A program made the position numbers and the translations under genes. The notes under the pieces were generated by a model that worked only from the letters and a program-made list of their open reading frames with translations, was not told where the DNA came from and made no database searches. 64,000 nt of DNA from a virus, in the IMG/VR virus record IMGVR_UViG_3300044950_000375, positions 17,509 to 81,508 of that record, one strand, 5' to 3'. This document shows, in pieces, positions 10,059-19,800 of this stretch (the stretch's first letter is position 1; each line of letters opens with the position of its first letter).

Positions 10059-10968
10059 TAACATCAATCTCGCGGGTCATTATGCCTTGGTTGTGCCAGT
10101 TGGATCTGTAGTGCTTCTTAAAGAACTCGCTTTGTTCTGCTTCCATCACAATCATGGGCAAGCCTAACTGTGTGTTTAAATCCTCTGCCAGTCGTCCGGC
10201 CAACAGTCTAGGTTCTGACGTTTCCACAGTTCGCCACAGTTCAGCTAATGCTTCAAAGTTTTGTACTTGAGTGTGATCCCACTGTGTCAGCATGGTCATG
10301 TATGTGCCTTGACGTGCGCCGGCAATGGCCCAGTAGCCGTGCTCTGCGTCAGCACCCACGTTGTGCCAAATGGTCAGGTGATCCAAGTTGCGTTGATGCA
10401 CACGATCTTGAAACTCTGCTGTGGTGGGTTTGCGTCCACGATCCAAGCACATCTTAACACCTTCACGAAAACCTGCACGCCAAGCATGAAATGCTGATCC
10501 ATTTGGGTAGGTAGTCGAGTAGCAGTTATACATGGGCCAGTATAAGGGATCAAAACAAAATTCTACTTGTGTTTCTGCTGTGCCGTCTGTGGCTTCGTGT
10601 GTACGCATGTTCTGTACAAAATCCTTTGTCCAACTACTGAGGCCGCCGTTGCCATACATCAATCCGTTGATATGGTTACGTGCCCGCCACCGGAACACAG
10701 CACTCTCATATTCTTTGCTAGAAAAAACAAGTGTTTGATTAAAGAACGCCGGATCGGGGAGATTGTCGCCATCGATGAGAATGAATCTATCCGTACTACT
10801 CGCCCGGGCTGCCGCTTTGTGAGCCGCATCGCTCCCCAGAACACCGTCCACCCTTCGAGCCCAAGGCACCATATTCCTAATCTTGATCCAAAATTCTTCT
10901 CGTTGTGGTTCATCGTATGTCAAGTATATGCAGTCTAAATCTGCTATGTCAATTTGATTCAAGGCCAT
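10036..10968 (-). CDS. Glycosyltransferase (GT-A fold)-like protein
   Basis: YLTYDEP, AAHKAAA, FILIDGDN (DxD), YGNGG, AWRAGFREGVKM. Confidence 0.65.
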   Translation of the reverse strand: MALNQIDIADLDCIYLTYDEPQREEFWIKIRNMVPWARRVDGVLGSDAAHKAAARASSTDRFILIDGDNLPDPAFFNQTLVFSSKEYESAVFRWRARNHINGLMYGNGGLSSWTKDFVQNMRTHEATDGTAETQVEFCFDPLYWPMYNCYSTTYPNGSAFHAWRAGFREGVKMCLDRGRKPTTAEFQDRVHQRNLDHLTIWHNVGADAEHGYWAIAGARQGTYMTMLTQWDHTQVQNFEALAELWRTVETSEPRLLAGRLAEDLNTQLGLPMIVMEAEQSEFFKKHYRSNWHNQGIMTREIDVIRQQEGW

Positions 10969-11284
10969 ATGTTTGTTTGCTCCATGGTGTTCCGTGTTGA
11001 GTGACTACAACCGCAACATTTTGCGGGTGGCACTGTGTACCTGTATTGCCGGGCACAAGTTTGTCTGATGTGCGAGTAGTAATGTATTTGAGCTTGCGGT
11101 CTACCACACGCACATTGGCAGGTGCCAGACCAAATGTTTCAGCATCAATGTCGATGTAATTACCTGGCAGGTCCTCCATGCTGTAATAAACTGGTTTGCC
11201 TGCATCATTGTAATACAAACGATAGAATACTGGTAACGGCTCGGGCGCAGAATGTAAAATGTCCCAAAACTCTTCAGGTGTCAT
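10949..11284 (-). CDS. Hypothetical protein (~111 aa)
   Basis: Likely start MTPEEFWDIL at 11284, in an ATGA overlap with the upstream stop; the ORF-track start at 11362 lies inside the upstream gene. Confidence 0.6.
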   Translation of the reverse strand: MTPEEFWDILHSAPEPLPVFYRLYYNDAGKPVYYSMEDLPGNYIDIDAETFGLAPANVRVVDRKLKYITTRTSDKLVPGNTGTQCHPQNVAVVVTQHGTPWSKQTYGLESN

Positions 11285-12051
11285 TGATGCCAGTCCTTTA
11301 CATGATAGTGAAAGGCACCCCATTGTGTTTGAGTTTGTATACGCATGGGATCCATTTCCCACACTAACTCATTGGTCCATTGCTGTGTCTTTGTGCCGGC
11401 ATGTGCTTGTTTCATGTGTACAATCCGTGGGTATGTAGCAAATGGCATGGTCACTAGTTCTCTGCCAATTATGTCTGCTGCCATTGCGTACACAAGATCA
11501 GTGCTGGGTACATCTTCGGGAAATTTAATCAGCTTTTTAAACTCTGACCAATTGGCAAATATATCACGCACCAGTACAAAGAAATCTCTGGCTGTTTCAC
11601 TCAATCGCCAGTAAGTTATAGCATTGTACACATCTGGTAAATTGTTAGCATCAAACACTTTTCTATAGTGCCTGGCTGTGCTGACCTGATCCTGCCATGT
11701 TCTGCAACCCGTAGATATCACAACATCTCGATGTCTAAACATAGTCCACCAGTGATCAATCGAACTGGCAATCATCATGTCTGCTTCTAGTTTGATAGTT
11801 TCGCGATAAGGCGAATTAAAAAACACTTGCCAGTCGTTTGCATACAAGTTATCGCGATCGATGTTCTCAATCACACGATAGTAATTGTACAAGGGATCGT
11901 TGGCATGAGTCTTGTCCGTGATCAAGCAAACACTGGCATGAGGATTCCATTGTTTGATTGTTTTTGTCAATGTTCTAGCACAATCCAAGTAGTCAACTTG
12001 GGGCGTGTTCAAGGCCATGATCACATAGCCTTGTTCTTCTATGGGTTTCAA
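11281..12051 (-). CDS. Nucleotide-diphospho-sugar transferase-like protein (GT8-like)
   Basis: SPYRETIKLEADM (DxD-like), DVYNAITYW, STDLVYA; paralog of 11993..12838. Confidence 0.6.
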   Translation of the reverse strand: MKPIEEQGYVIMALNTPQVDYLDCARTLTKTIKQWNPHASVCLITDKTHANDPLYNYYRVIENIDRDNLYANDWQVFFNSPYRETIKLEADMMIASSIDHWWTMFRHRDVVISTGCRTWQDQVSTARHYRKVFDANNLPDVYNAITYWRLSETARDFFVLVRDIFANWSEFKKLIKFPEDVPSTDLVYAMAADIIGRELVTMPFATYPRIVHMKQAHAGTKTQQWTNELVWEMDPMRIQTQTQWGAFHYHVKDWHQ

Positions 12052-12838
12052 CTATTGCTCCTAAATCTCTTTTGCCCATGGCATGAAAGTCCAGCCCAAC
12101 AATTGAGACTGTTTTACATTTACCTTGTGCATCTTGATACTCAATATTCCAGAACGTTTCGTTATCAAGCGTTAGTTTGTTTTCGGGTACTACACTGGGC
12201 ATGCCCCAGGGTATGGCATCTACTTTTAGTGTCTGGCCACTCACAATACCCAATGCTATGCTTAGTGCATAGTCGTTTCTGTATGTGGGTTGTGAGATGT
12301 GATAGAGATCTCTGTAGTGCTTCCAGTTCTCACGAATCATCTGCATGGCATCAAATATGTACTGTGCGGTGTTTGATCTGCGAAACATCATCACAGTAGC
12401 CCAGTACATGGGAAATTGGTATGTGCCAAAAGTATTTAAAAATTCTTCCTCAGGCCTAGCAAGATTGTATGCTGATCTAAAGCACATGAAATCTTGTGGG
12501 CTGTCAAGCACCACTTTTAAATCTTCACTATTGATCACAAAGTCAGCATCCAACACTAGAGTTTGCTCCCAAGGTGACAAGTTGTAAGCATCTACTCGGT
12601 TGCTGTTATGCCAAGGTACATGATCTTGTATATCACCAAACCAGCGTGAGTTTTCGCCCAACGGATCAGCATATATCACTTGATCAAACACAGTTTCGTT
12701 GCCGGCAGCAGGATTGTTTGTGACCACTGCTACAGGAATGTTTATGAACTGCTGGACTCGTTCAGCACAAAAGGCCGCCATGTCAAGATAGCGTGTGTGT
12801 TCAGTATCAAATGCAAAGATCAGTGCGCCAGTAGTCAT
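11993..12838 (-). CDS. Nucleotide-diphospho-sugar transferase-like protein (GT8-like)
   Basis: SPWEQTLVLDADF (DxD), WATVMMF, RNDYALSIA. Confidence 0.65.
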   Translation of the reverse strand: MTTGALIFAFDTEHTRYLDMAAFCAERVQQFINIPVAVVTNNPAAGNETVFDQVIYADPLGENSRWFGDIQDHVPWHNSNRVDAYNLSPWEQTLVLDADFVINSEDLKVVLDSPQDFMCFRSAYNLARPEEEFLNTFGTYQFPMYWATVMMFRRSNTAQYIFDAMQMIRENWKHYRDLYHISQPTYRNDYALSIALGIVSGQTLKVDAIPWGMPSVVPENKLTLDNETFWNIEYQDAQGKCKTVSIVGLDFHAMGKRDLGAIVETHRRTRLCDHGLEHAPS

Positions 12839-13140
12839 CGTTTGGTGCTAACTTCGTTGTGTTCCAACAGCCAAGCATTCATTTGCTCTTGCCAACGTTG
12901 CATGGCCAAGCTGCGCAGTTCTTCTGGACGTATTTGTACTGGAGTTTCATACAAGTCTAACAGAACTGCATCTCCTGGCGGCACAGTAGCCAAGATGTTT
13001 AGGAGTTCAGGACCAGCACGCCACATGCCACCGCTGTGGGCAAATATCATTCGGGCTTGATATTTCTCTTGAAGTATGCGCTTGGCAGCCACATGGTCAA
13101 ATCGAGCACGGCTGTGCGAAATTAAATCGTCAGTGTTCAT
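12835..13140 (-). CDS. Hypothetical protein (~101 aa)
   Basis: Likely start MNTDDLISH at 13140; 4-nt overlap with the next gene. Confidence 0.6.
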   Translation of the reverse strand: MNTDDLISHSRARFDHVAAKRILQEKYQARMIFAHSGGMWRAGPELLNILATVPPGDAVLLDLYETPVQIRPEELRSLAMQRWQEQMNAWLLEHNEVSTKR

Positions 13141-13146
13141 GTTACG

Positions 13147-13175
13147 ATTGTACAGGATGTACAGGGAAAAGTAAA
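13147..13175 (-). promoter_or_regulatory. Sigma70/T4-early-like promoter
   Basis: Minus strand TTTACT-N17-TACAAT, 6 nt upstream of the ATG at 13140. Confidence 0.45.
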
Positions 13176-13193
13176 GGGGCAACAGCCCTTTTT
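13167..13193 (-). terminator. Intrinsic terminator after the tail-protein gene
   Basis: Minus strand AAAAAGGGC-TGTT-GCCCCTTTACTTTT: hairpin plus T-rich tail just after the stop at 13196. Confidence 0.55.
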
Positions 13194-13195
13194 GG

Positions 13196-14194
13196 TTAAG
13201 CTACTGATGCAGTTACTGTGGGTGTGCCCCAGCTAGCCGATAGGTAAGTAGTTGATGGTGGCTGAATTAAAACCATTGTGGTTGGTGCAGTTCCAAAGCC
13301 AGAATAAGGAGAACCTGTGTTTGTGCCACCTGAAATGTTTGTGCTTTGGCCTGCGCCTGTTCGAGAGGAACTATTCCAAGTTGTGGTGAAAGTCAATGTA
13401 GTGGCACCAGCATTTTTGGCCGCAGTAGTCAAAATATAGTCACCAGTATACGGACTAACGTCATCGTTCAATTGAAATATTGATGTGGCAGCAGCGCCAG
13501 CAGTTAACGAATACCACCCAGTAGTTGTTGCTAGTGTGGTTTGAGTGCCACCTGTGCCACCTGCTCTTGTGGTTCCTGTGTAACTAGTGCCACCGATTGT
13601 TTGTGCAGCACCATTAACACGTCCGACAAATGCAAGACTGCCAACTTTTCCCACAAATGTGTTCCAGTCTGGATCATTATCTGTGCCAGTAGACGACTTG
13701 TTATAGTATACTCGAACAATGCCGCCTGCATTCCAAAAATATCTTGCTTGATCAGCTGACGGAAAAGTTACAGTGTGGGTAAATGTAATAGTCCAGGCAT
13801 TGGTGCCAGTACCAGTGCCTGATGTTTTAGATGTGGTTCCTAAAAAACTTTGATTTAATGTTCCGGCATTTGAAGCACTGCCGCGATTGGTATTGCAATT
13901 GGTAATGTCTGTGGCCACAGCCGCCAACACACTAATAGTTTGCCCCGCGGTAGGAGCAGATCGAGAAGTAATAGTTGTGCCGGTTTGACTGCCCATAGTG
14001 GCAAGTGTGTTGACCAAACTGGCCCAGTTTGTAGCTGTCACAGTGCCGCCAGCACTCACTGTACTTAGAGCACTTTGTCCCCAGCCACTGTCGGTTGAGC
14101 CTGTGCTCCAGATGTTATTGATGTTTGGCGATCCAGTGCTTACAAACCCGTTAAAGTCTGATGCTTGAATTAATCCACCGCTTGAATATGTCAT
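13196..14194 (-). CDS. Virion structural protein (tail/fibre-associated, Gly/Thr/Ser-rich)
   Basis: MTYSSGGLIQASDFN start, GWGQ and ARYFWNAGG motifs; beta-rich composition; downstream of the fibre gene. Confidence 0.6.
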   Translation of the reverse strand: MTYSSGGLIQASDFNGFVSTGSPNINNIWSTGSTDSGWGQSALSTVSAGGTVTATNWASLVNTLATMGSQTGTTITSRSAPTAGQTISVLAAVATDITNCNTNRGSASNAGTLNQSFLGTTSKTSGTGTGTNAWTITFTHTVTFPSADQARYFWNAGGIVRVYYNKSSTGTDNDPDWNTFVGKVGSLAFVGRVNGAAQTIGGTSYTGTTRAGGTGGTQTTLATTTGWYSLTAGAAATSIFQLNDDVSPYTGDYILTTAAKNAGATTLTFTTTWNSSSRTGAGQSTNISGGTNTGSPYSGFGTAPTTMVLIQPPSTTYLSASWGTPTVTASVA

Positions 14195-14206
14195 TGTTTG
14201 TTCCGA

Positions 14207-15988
14207 TTACTTTATAGTCACAATTGCTTCTATTGTACCTGGACCAGGGGTGAGTTTGTCAACCAGTGCTCGTCCAATTACGTTGAATGCTGTGGCTTCA
14301 CCTGGTTGAGCAGCTCTGGCCATGCCTGAACCTGCTGATACCAATCTGTCACCTTTGCGCACTACTCCAATTACTTGCACCGGAACACGGCCAGTCATTG
14401 CAACTGGTGGATGCGTGTCGTCTTCTCCAGCGCCGCCATTCATTAGGTAGGCTGCTCTTGTACTTATAACGCCAAACACATTTTCGCTTAAATCTTGTTG
14501 AGATCTTGTGATTTCAGCTGTACCGCCTAGTTCAACTACGGTACCAGGTGCCAGTTCTTCATCAGCTGCAAAACGTTCTGCAACGTCAGCATACAAGGCT
14601 GTGGTGGCTGTGGCAAACAATCGATTGAAATAACTAGCAGAGGATCCAATATTGCCCACAGCATTTGTGCCAGTGTGTTCGATACTTGGTGTGCTCAATC
14701 CAGTGACAATTGCTCCGGTAGTGGCCAGCACCATGACATTCCCAATGCCGCCAATTGTAAATGCAATATTGCCGCCGGATGATGTAACATTGCCTTCTGA
14801 AGTGCCGTTTTCAATTTTGGTAACACTAACAGCTGAACTCAATCCAGTAAGCTGACTACCGTTGCCCAAGAAAAATCCAGCACTGACGTTGCCTACACCA
14901 GAAACTCTGCCTGATCCGAATAGTACGTTACCACCTGTAATATTACCTGTGCCAGAAACTATTCCAGAACCAAATAGCACGTTTCCACCAGTGATGTTGC
15001 CTGTGCCACTCACAATGCCAGATCCAAATAACACATTGCCGCCAGTTATATTACCGGTTGCGCTGACCAGACCAGCAGTTCTTATGTTACCACCTTGGAC
15101 GTTTCCAGTTACTGTAGCAAGGCCAGCAGTAATAAGATTGCCGCCTGTAGCATTGCCGGTTGCTGACATTATTCCACCGGTTAAAAGATTGCCACCTGTA
15201 ATATTCCCAGTAGTACTAACTGAGCCGCCGGCAGGTGGAATTACATTGCCAATAAAGTTTGGAGCAGTAATATTGCCAGTGGCACTAACTAATCCAGTGA
15301 CAAAAACGCCTGTGCTGGCCACAGTTTCAACAACACTTCCAGCAACTGCTAACGTGATGTTGGCTGGGTTGCTGATGTTGCCGCTGCTGTTGCCAATATT
15401 CCAGACTGTAAAGCCTTTGTAAATTTTAGGAAATCCCAATCCAACGTATGCACTACTATTACCAGCTGGTGTAAAGTCAGCAACTTTACTAATAATACCA
15501 ACCAAGTCACCAGCAGCATACAATCCTGTGACAACATAACCTGTGGTACCATCGCCAATGGTAAGGGGTATAGCGCCAGATTGTCCTTCGATACTTGAAT
15601 ATGCTGGACCAACCACAATAAATGTGCTAGGGGCCACTGAACAAACTTTTAACTGCTGATTTGTGGTATCATACCACAAGTCTCCTTGTACAGCAGGGCT
15701 TGGTGCTGTAGATGATGATGTGGCACCGCTAATAACTTTCCAGGTTGTTCCTGAATAAACTTTCAATAGTGTATTGGTGCTGTCCCACCATAGTTGTCCA
15801 GTAAGCGGAGCAGCAGGTGCTGTTGTGTTAGCTGAATTTTCCAACAAGTGAATAAAATTGTCGTCTAGGAACTGCCCGTACCCAGCATAATTTTTGCCGA
15901 TCAACGTCATCGAACTGGCAGTGTTTACAGTACCATCTGTTATGGTAGCAAACGTTGTGCCGTTTGTTAGATTAATTGTATATGCCAT
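14207..15988 (-). CDS. Tail fibre-like protein with GNITGGN repeats and a C-terminal chaperone-like domain
   Basis: LIGKNYAGYG..NFIHLLEN N-terminus, GQLWWD/GDLWYD motifs, GNxTGGN repeats, C-terminal YADVAE..GTVVELGG..GRVPV. Confidence 0.75.
   Translation of the reverse strand: MAYTINLTNGTTFATITDGTVNTASSMTLIGKNYAGYGQFLDDNFIHLLENSANTTAPAAPLTGQLWWDSTNTLLKVYSGTTWKVISGATSSSTAPSPAVQGDLWYDTTNQQLKVCSVAPSTFIVVGPAYSSIEGQSGAIPLTIGDGTTGYVVTGLYAAGDLVGIISKVADFTPAGNSSAYVGLGFPKIYKGFTVWNIGNSSGNISNPANITLAVAGSVVETVASTGVFVTGLVSATGNITAPNFIGNVIPPAGGSVSTTGNITGGNLLTGGIMSATGNATGGNLITAGLATVTGNVQGGNIRTAGLVSATGNITGGNVLFGSGIVSGTGNITGGNVLFGSGIVSGTGNITGGNVLFGSGRVSGVGNVSAGFFLGNGSQLTGLSSAVSVTKIENGTSEGNVTSSGGNIAFTIGGIGNVMVLATTGAIVTGLSTPSIEHTGTNAVGNIGSSASYFNRLFATATTALYADVAERFAADEELAPGTVVELGGTAEITRSQQDLSENVFGVISTRAAYLMNGGAGEDDTHPPVAMTGRVPVQVIGVVRKGDRLVSAGSGMARAAQPGEATAFNVIGRALVDKLTPGPGTIEAIVTIK
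14896..15060 (-). repeat. Intragenic tandem repeat, three 54-nt units (TGNITGGNVLFGSGIVSG)
   Basis: Three near-identical 18-aa units with synonymous divergence in the DNA. Confidence 0.8.
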
Positions 15989-16017
15989 GTTGGTCGCCTT
16001 GTTCCTATATTTTTCTA

Positions 16018-16025
16018 TATTTATA
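16018..16025 (-). promoter_or_regulatory. T4-type late promoter TATAAATA
   Basis: Exact TATAAATA on the minus strand, 29 nt upstream of the fibre gene ATG. Confidence 0.65.
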
Positions 16026-16644
16026 CAGCATTTATGTTGCTTAGTGTCTGTATACGCAGAGTGTAATCAATCTGAATCTGACGGTTCAAGCTCTTTTGCA
16101 CTGGGTGGAAAATTACATGAGTAATCAGTCGCAAATCTGTTGAGCTGCCGTTCCAAGATTTAAGGCCTAGTTCATCAAACACATATTCGCCGTTAAAATT
16201 GGTAGAATTGTCAAATGCTTGTTGTGTGGGCGGTTCGCCGTAGTCTAACAAACAGGTCACAAGAATATCTGTATAAACAGTACCTGCTGTGTGTATCACA
16301 GTCATAAAGTTTGTGTCAGGATCGCTATCTGCAGCCGAGTTATCGTCAACAACTTTGGCGTAAGTTTCATTGTACAGTCCGGCGTTTTGTCCCACAGTGT
16401 TCGGGGGCAAATATGTAATCACACCTGTAGGGTCCACAGAGCTGCCGCCGTTTCCAAATGCCATAGAATAGATAATTCCCAAACTAGACCCGTTTGCGTC
16501 CAATCTATTGCTTAGGGCTTGTGCCATAGCAATTGATATATTTTCATAGTGAATTGCGTTTTTCTTATCTACCAACACTTCACCTGTGTTGGGATCGTGT
16601 ATTTTAATAAAGCCTTCAATACGGGCCAATCCTGGTTCTATCAT
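16021..16644 (-). CDS. Baseplate/tail-associated structural protein
   Basis: KNAIHYEN, AFGNGG, FDELGL and HVIFHPVQKSLNR..IDYTLRI motifs; lies between the giant protein and the fibre gene. Confidence 0.6.
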   Translation of the reverse strand: MIEPGLARIEGFIKIHDPNTGEVLVDKKNAIHYENISIAMAQALSNRLDANGSSLGIIYSMAFGNGGSSVDPTGVITYLPPNTVGQNAGLYNETYAKVVDDNSAADSDPDTNFMTVIHTAGTVYTDILVTCLLDYGEPPTQQAFDNSTNFNGEYVFDELGLKSWNGSSTDLRLITHVIFHPVQKSLNRQIQIDYTLRIQTLSNINAV

Positions 16645-16799
16645 GCTCTGCCCTCCATATAAACTTCGCGAGTTTTTGGATCAAAAATACGCACATGAGC
16701 TTCGACGGAAAACGATCCTTGCTCGTTGGGACGTTTAGGCTGAGGTTGTTTTTTCTCAGAATTTGCAGTTACTGGCTGTTTTGGCATAGTAGTTGACAT
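16641..16799 (-). CDS. Small 52-aa protein absent from the ORF track
   Basis: MSTTMPKQPVTANSEKKQPQPKRPNEQGSFSVEAHVRIFDPKTREVYMEGRA; fills the gap, follows a GGTAAATA box, and its stop overlaps the next ATG. Confidence 0.7.
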   Translation of the reverse strand: MSTTMPKQPVTANSEKKQPQPKRPNEQGSFSVEAHVRIFDPKTREVYMEGRA

Positions 16800-16806
16800 G
16801 ATCGTT

Positions 16807-16814
16807 TATTTACC
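16807..16814 (-). promoter_or_regulatory. Late-promoter-like box (GGTAAATA)
   Basis: 7 nt upstream of the ATG at 16799. Confidence 0.5.
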
Positions 16815-16817
16815 TTG

Positions 16818-19800
16818 TTATAATCCACGTAAAAACCTTGCAGCATTTGTGTCAGTGATCTGTAGTGCTTCGCCGTTGCTAGGTGTTCCGTTACCCGGAG
16901 CATACCAAGTTACACCTCTACGCTGTAATATCACCACCTCAACACCTGCACCTGGAGCAGGCAAATCGTTGGCTGTAAGGAACTGTATTGCTAGTGGATT
17001 GTAATCGGTTACTTGGTAGTAGTTGCTGGCCAAACTGGTGCCAGCAACACCTGTTCCTGACCCTGCCCCTGTAGCTGTAAATACCACGCCCGGCAATGGA
17101 TAAACATCGCTTGGCAGGCCAATAGCATGCCAGTTGGTGCTGCCAACACTAGCAATAGTGTAAGTTTGTCCTATCACAAACTGCCCAGCATAGTAACCTA
17201 CTCTAGCACGGTTGCCGCCGACATATACTTCAATACTGTTGACTTCAAAAGAACTGTCACTTAAATCAAATTCAATTGTAGGAGCGTAAAATATTGTGGT
17301 AGATCCATCACCCGTACTGGTATCGCTTACAATATAGTTTTGAAACTCTTGAGGTTGTCTGTTACCAAGCCCCATGTCATACACTTCTGCATTGACTGAA
17401 TGACTGGTAGCGGCTGTGCCAGCAGTACCTCGTTGTAACCCAGTGATTGAATTTGTAGACAAATTTCTTTCGCGATATAGTATGCGTTCACCATCAATTG
17501 TAACTACACCAAAAATACCATCAGTCAAGTTGGGCTCACTAAGGGCTGCGACATTTGCGACGTAGATAATGTCTGCTACAGCTGACACTGCCTGAGCTAC
17601 TGTAGTTGTTGTTGAGGCAGTGATACGGAACGTAGTTTGCACTCCACGCATGTCCTGGAACAATCTAAATGCCATAGCACCTGGCACAACACTCTCAGTA
17701 AATTCAGTTACTGCCAGCACTTGTGCCGAGCCAATAATACCACTGCCCAGTATCAAATATTGTCCTTGCACTGCATAATCCACGCCTGGATACAATCTAT
17801 TGCCATCCAATGTAACCCATAATCTGTTGGCCAATATTCCTTCACGACCTAGATTAAAATCATTAGTTGGAACAGCCACGCCTACGCTGAAGTCAAAGCT
17901 GCCTGATGTGTCATTGGCTGCATCTGGAAAACTGTATCCAGTGCTGTCATATGGCTCAATCACTGTGAGACCTGTGACTATCGGCCCCACAAAAACCAAA
18001 GTTAACGGATCTTGTTGTGATGTATCATTCCAACTGGTAATTGCAATTTGATCGCCTAAATTAAGCAACGGAGTTATTAACAATCTGTTGGGCGAGCCTA
18101 TCACAACTGTGTATTGTGCAATGGTGCTAACTGATATTAAAATCTGTGCGCCATCGGCAGGTGGAGTAAAAAATACCACTTGTCGACCCGGAGTATTACT
18201 GCCATCATAATTGGTTACAGAATAATTACCTACAATAGCACCATAATTTTGTACTTGTAGGACATTGTCTACCCAAACTTGAATATCAGTGTAAGCATTG
18301 ATAGCAGATTGTGGATAGCCACCACCGCGCTGTGGTAACCCAAAACTGCTGCTGGTTCCGTCACCAGTCCATTCAATACCCTCAGGTGGGTGTAGGCGTT
18401 TACCATTAACAGTGACCACTAGGTTGGCCACATTGGTTCCTTGCATGCTGTTGTCAAGATTGATACTGTTGGTCAATATATCAGACTCAGTGGCAGTATG
18501 ATACTGTGTTACTGCTGTGCTCCAGCTGTATTGTGGATCTTCAACACCCATGGCAGTGATAGAAATTCCATCTCCTGGACCATATGGTGCTTCGGTACCA
18601 ATAAATCGAGTCCAATCAATCTCAGTAGTTCCGACAGAGATAGACGGATTTGATGTGCAGACCCATCTTGTGGCAGCATTGGTTGATCCCGATGTAACCA
18701 GGGTAATTGCGCTAGGAATATCTAGAGAATCAACAAAATCTGTTGCTCTGGTCAATATCCAACCAATTGTGCTATTACCAACTCTAGTAACAGTATAGAT
18801 ACCATTAAACGTTGCACTTTGCGTGGTATCATTGGTGTATGTGCCAGTTTCATCCTTGACAAGTATGCGATCTCCTACCAATGGAATAACGCCGTCAATT
18901 GTTAACGCAGTGTAATCATCAAATACGTTGTAATTTGTCAGTGTTGCCCCAACACCGTTTGTGCCATTGTTGTACACATAGCCATAAGTTCCAAATAACG
19001 ATGTTGTGGTTGCATATTTTACATTGGCCATTGGGTACGGAAATGTAACTGTGGATTGCACAGTTGGAACAAATTCTATCCAATACAATGGATCATCTAA
19101 TAAAATTCCCGGCGGCACTGATTGCAACGCTCGATAATACAATTGATTATCTTCAACAACAGTTTGTGCTGCATAAGAATTTTCGTAAGTCCAAGGCACA
19201 CTGTTAGCATAAGATGTCCAGGTAGCACCTGACACATTTGTACCATTTACAAACAATACCAGTTCATAAATTTCATCAGCATTTACAGGAATTACTACAG
19301 AATTATTGACTTCTGTTCCGTTGTAATTTCCGCGGAACAACTGATTGCCACCACCCATTTCGTAAGCAGTAACACTGATCACATCACCATTTGTAATGCC
19401 ACCGTCGGGAACGGCTGTTATAGTTTGGGCCTCCCAATCCACAACGTAGTCTACGTCTGGTGTGAGATCACTATTTGTATTTTCATTAGAAACTTCAATG
19501 TTTACCGGATTTTGCACCAATGTGCCCCAGTATAAGGCATTGCCGTCATAAACATAATTGAATGTGCCTATAGCAAAGCCATGTCCGTCACCTGTCCAGT
19601 CTGCACCTGGACGAGTATACACACGGAAATCTAGTGTGTCGTATTCTGATCCGTTGACCAATTCTTCTGGAGCATGTCCTTCGTATGGTCCAATAAATTC
19701 ACCACCATCTACATTGATATCAGTTGGACGTAGTCCCAAAAACATATCAGTAAAGCTGCTGGCATAGGTAGCATCTATTGGTTCTGGCACATCGGCAACC

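Noticed and set aside
96-13140. RiPP biosynthetic cluster with a precursor peptide
   Set aside because: No short Cys-rich or leader-bearing precursor ORF, RRE/PqqD domain, peptidase or exporter is evident in this window; it cannot be excluded beyond the left edge.
14862-15422. 186-aa plus-strand Pro-rich ORF with repeats
   Set aside because: Antisense shadow of the Gly-Asn repeats in the tail fibre gene.
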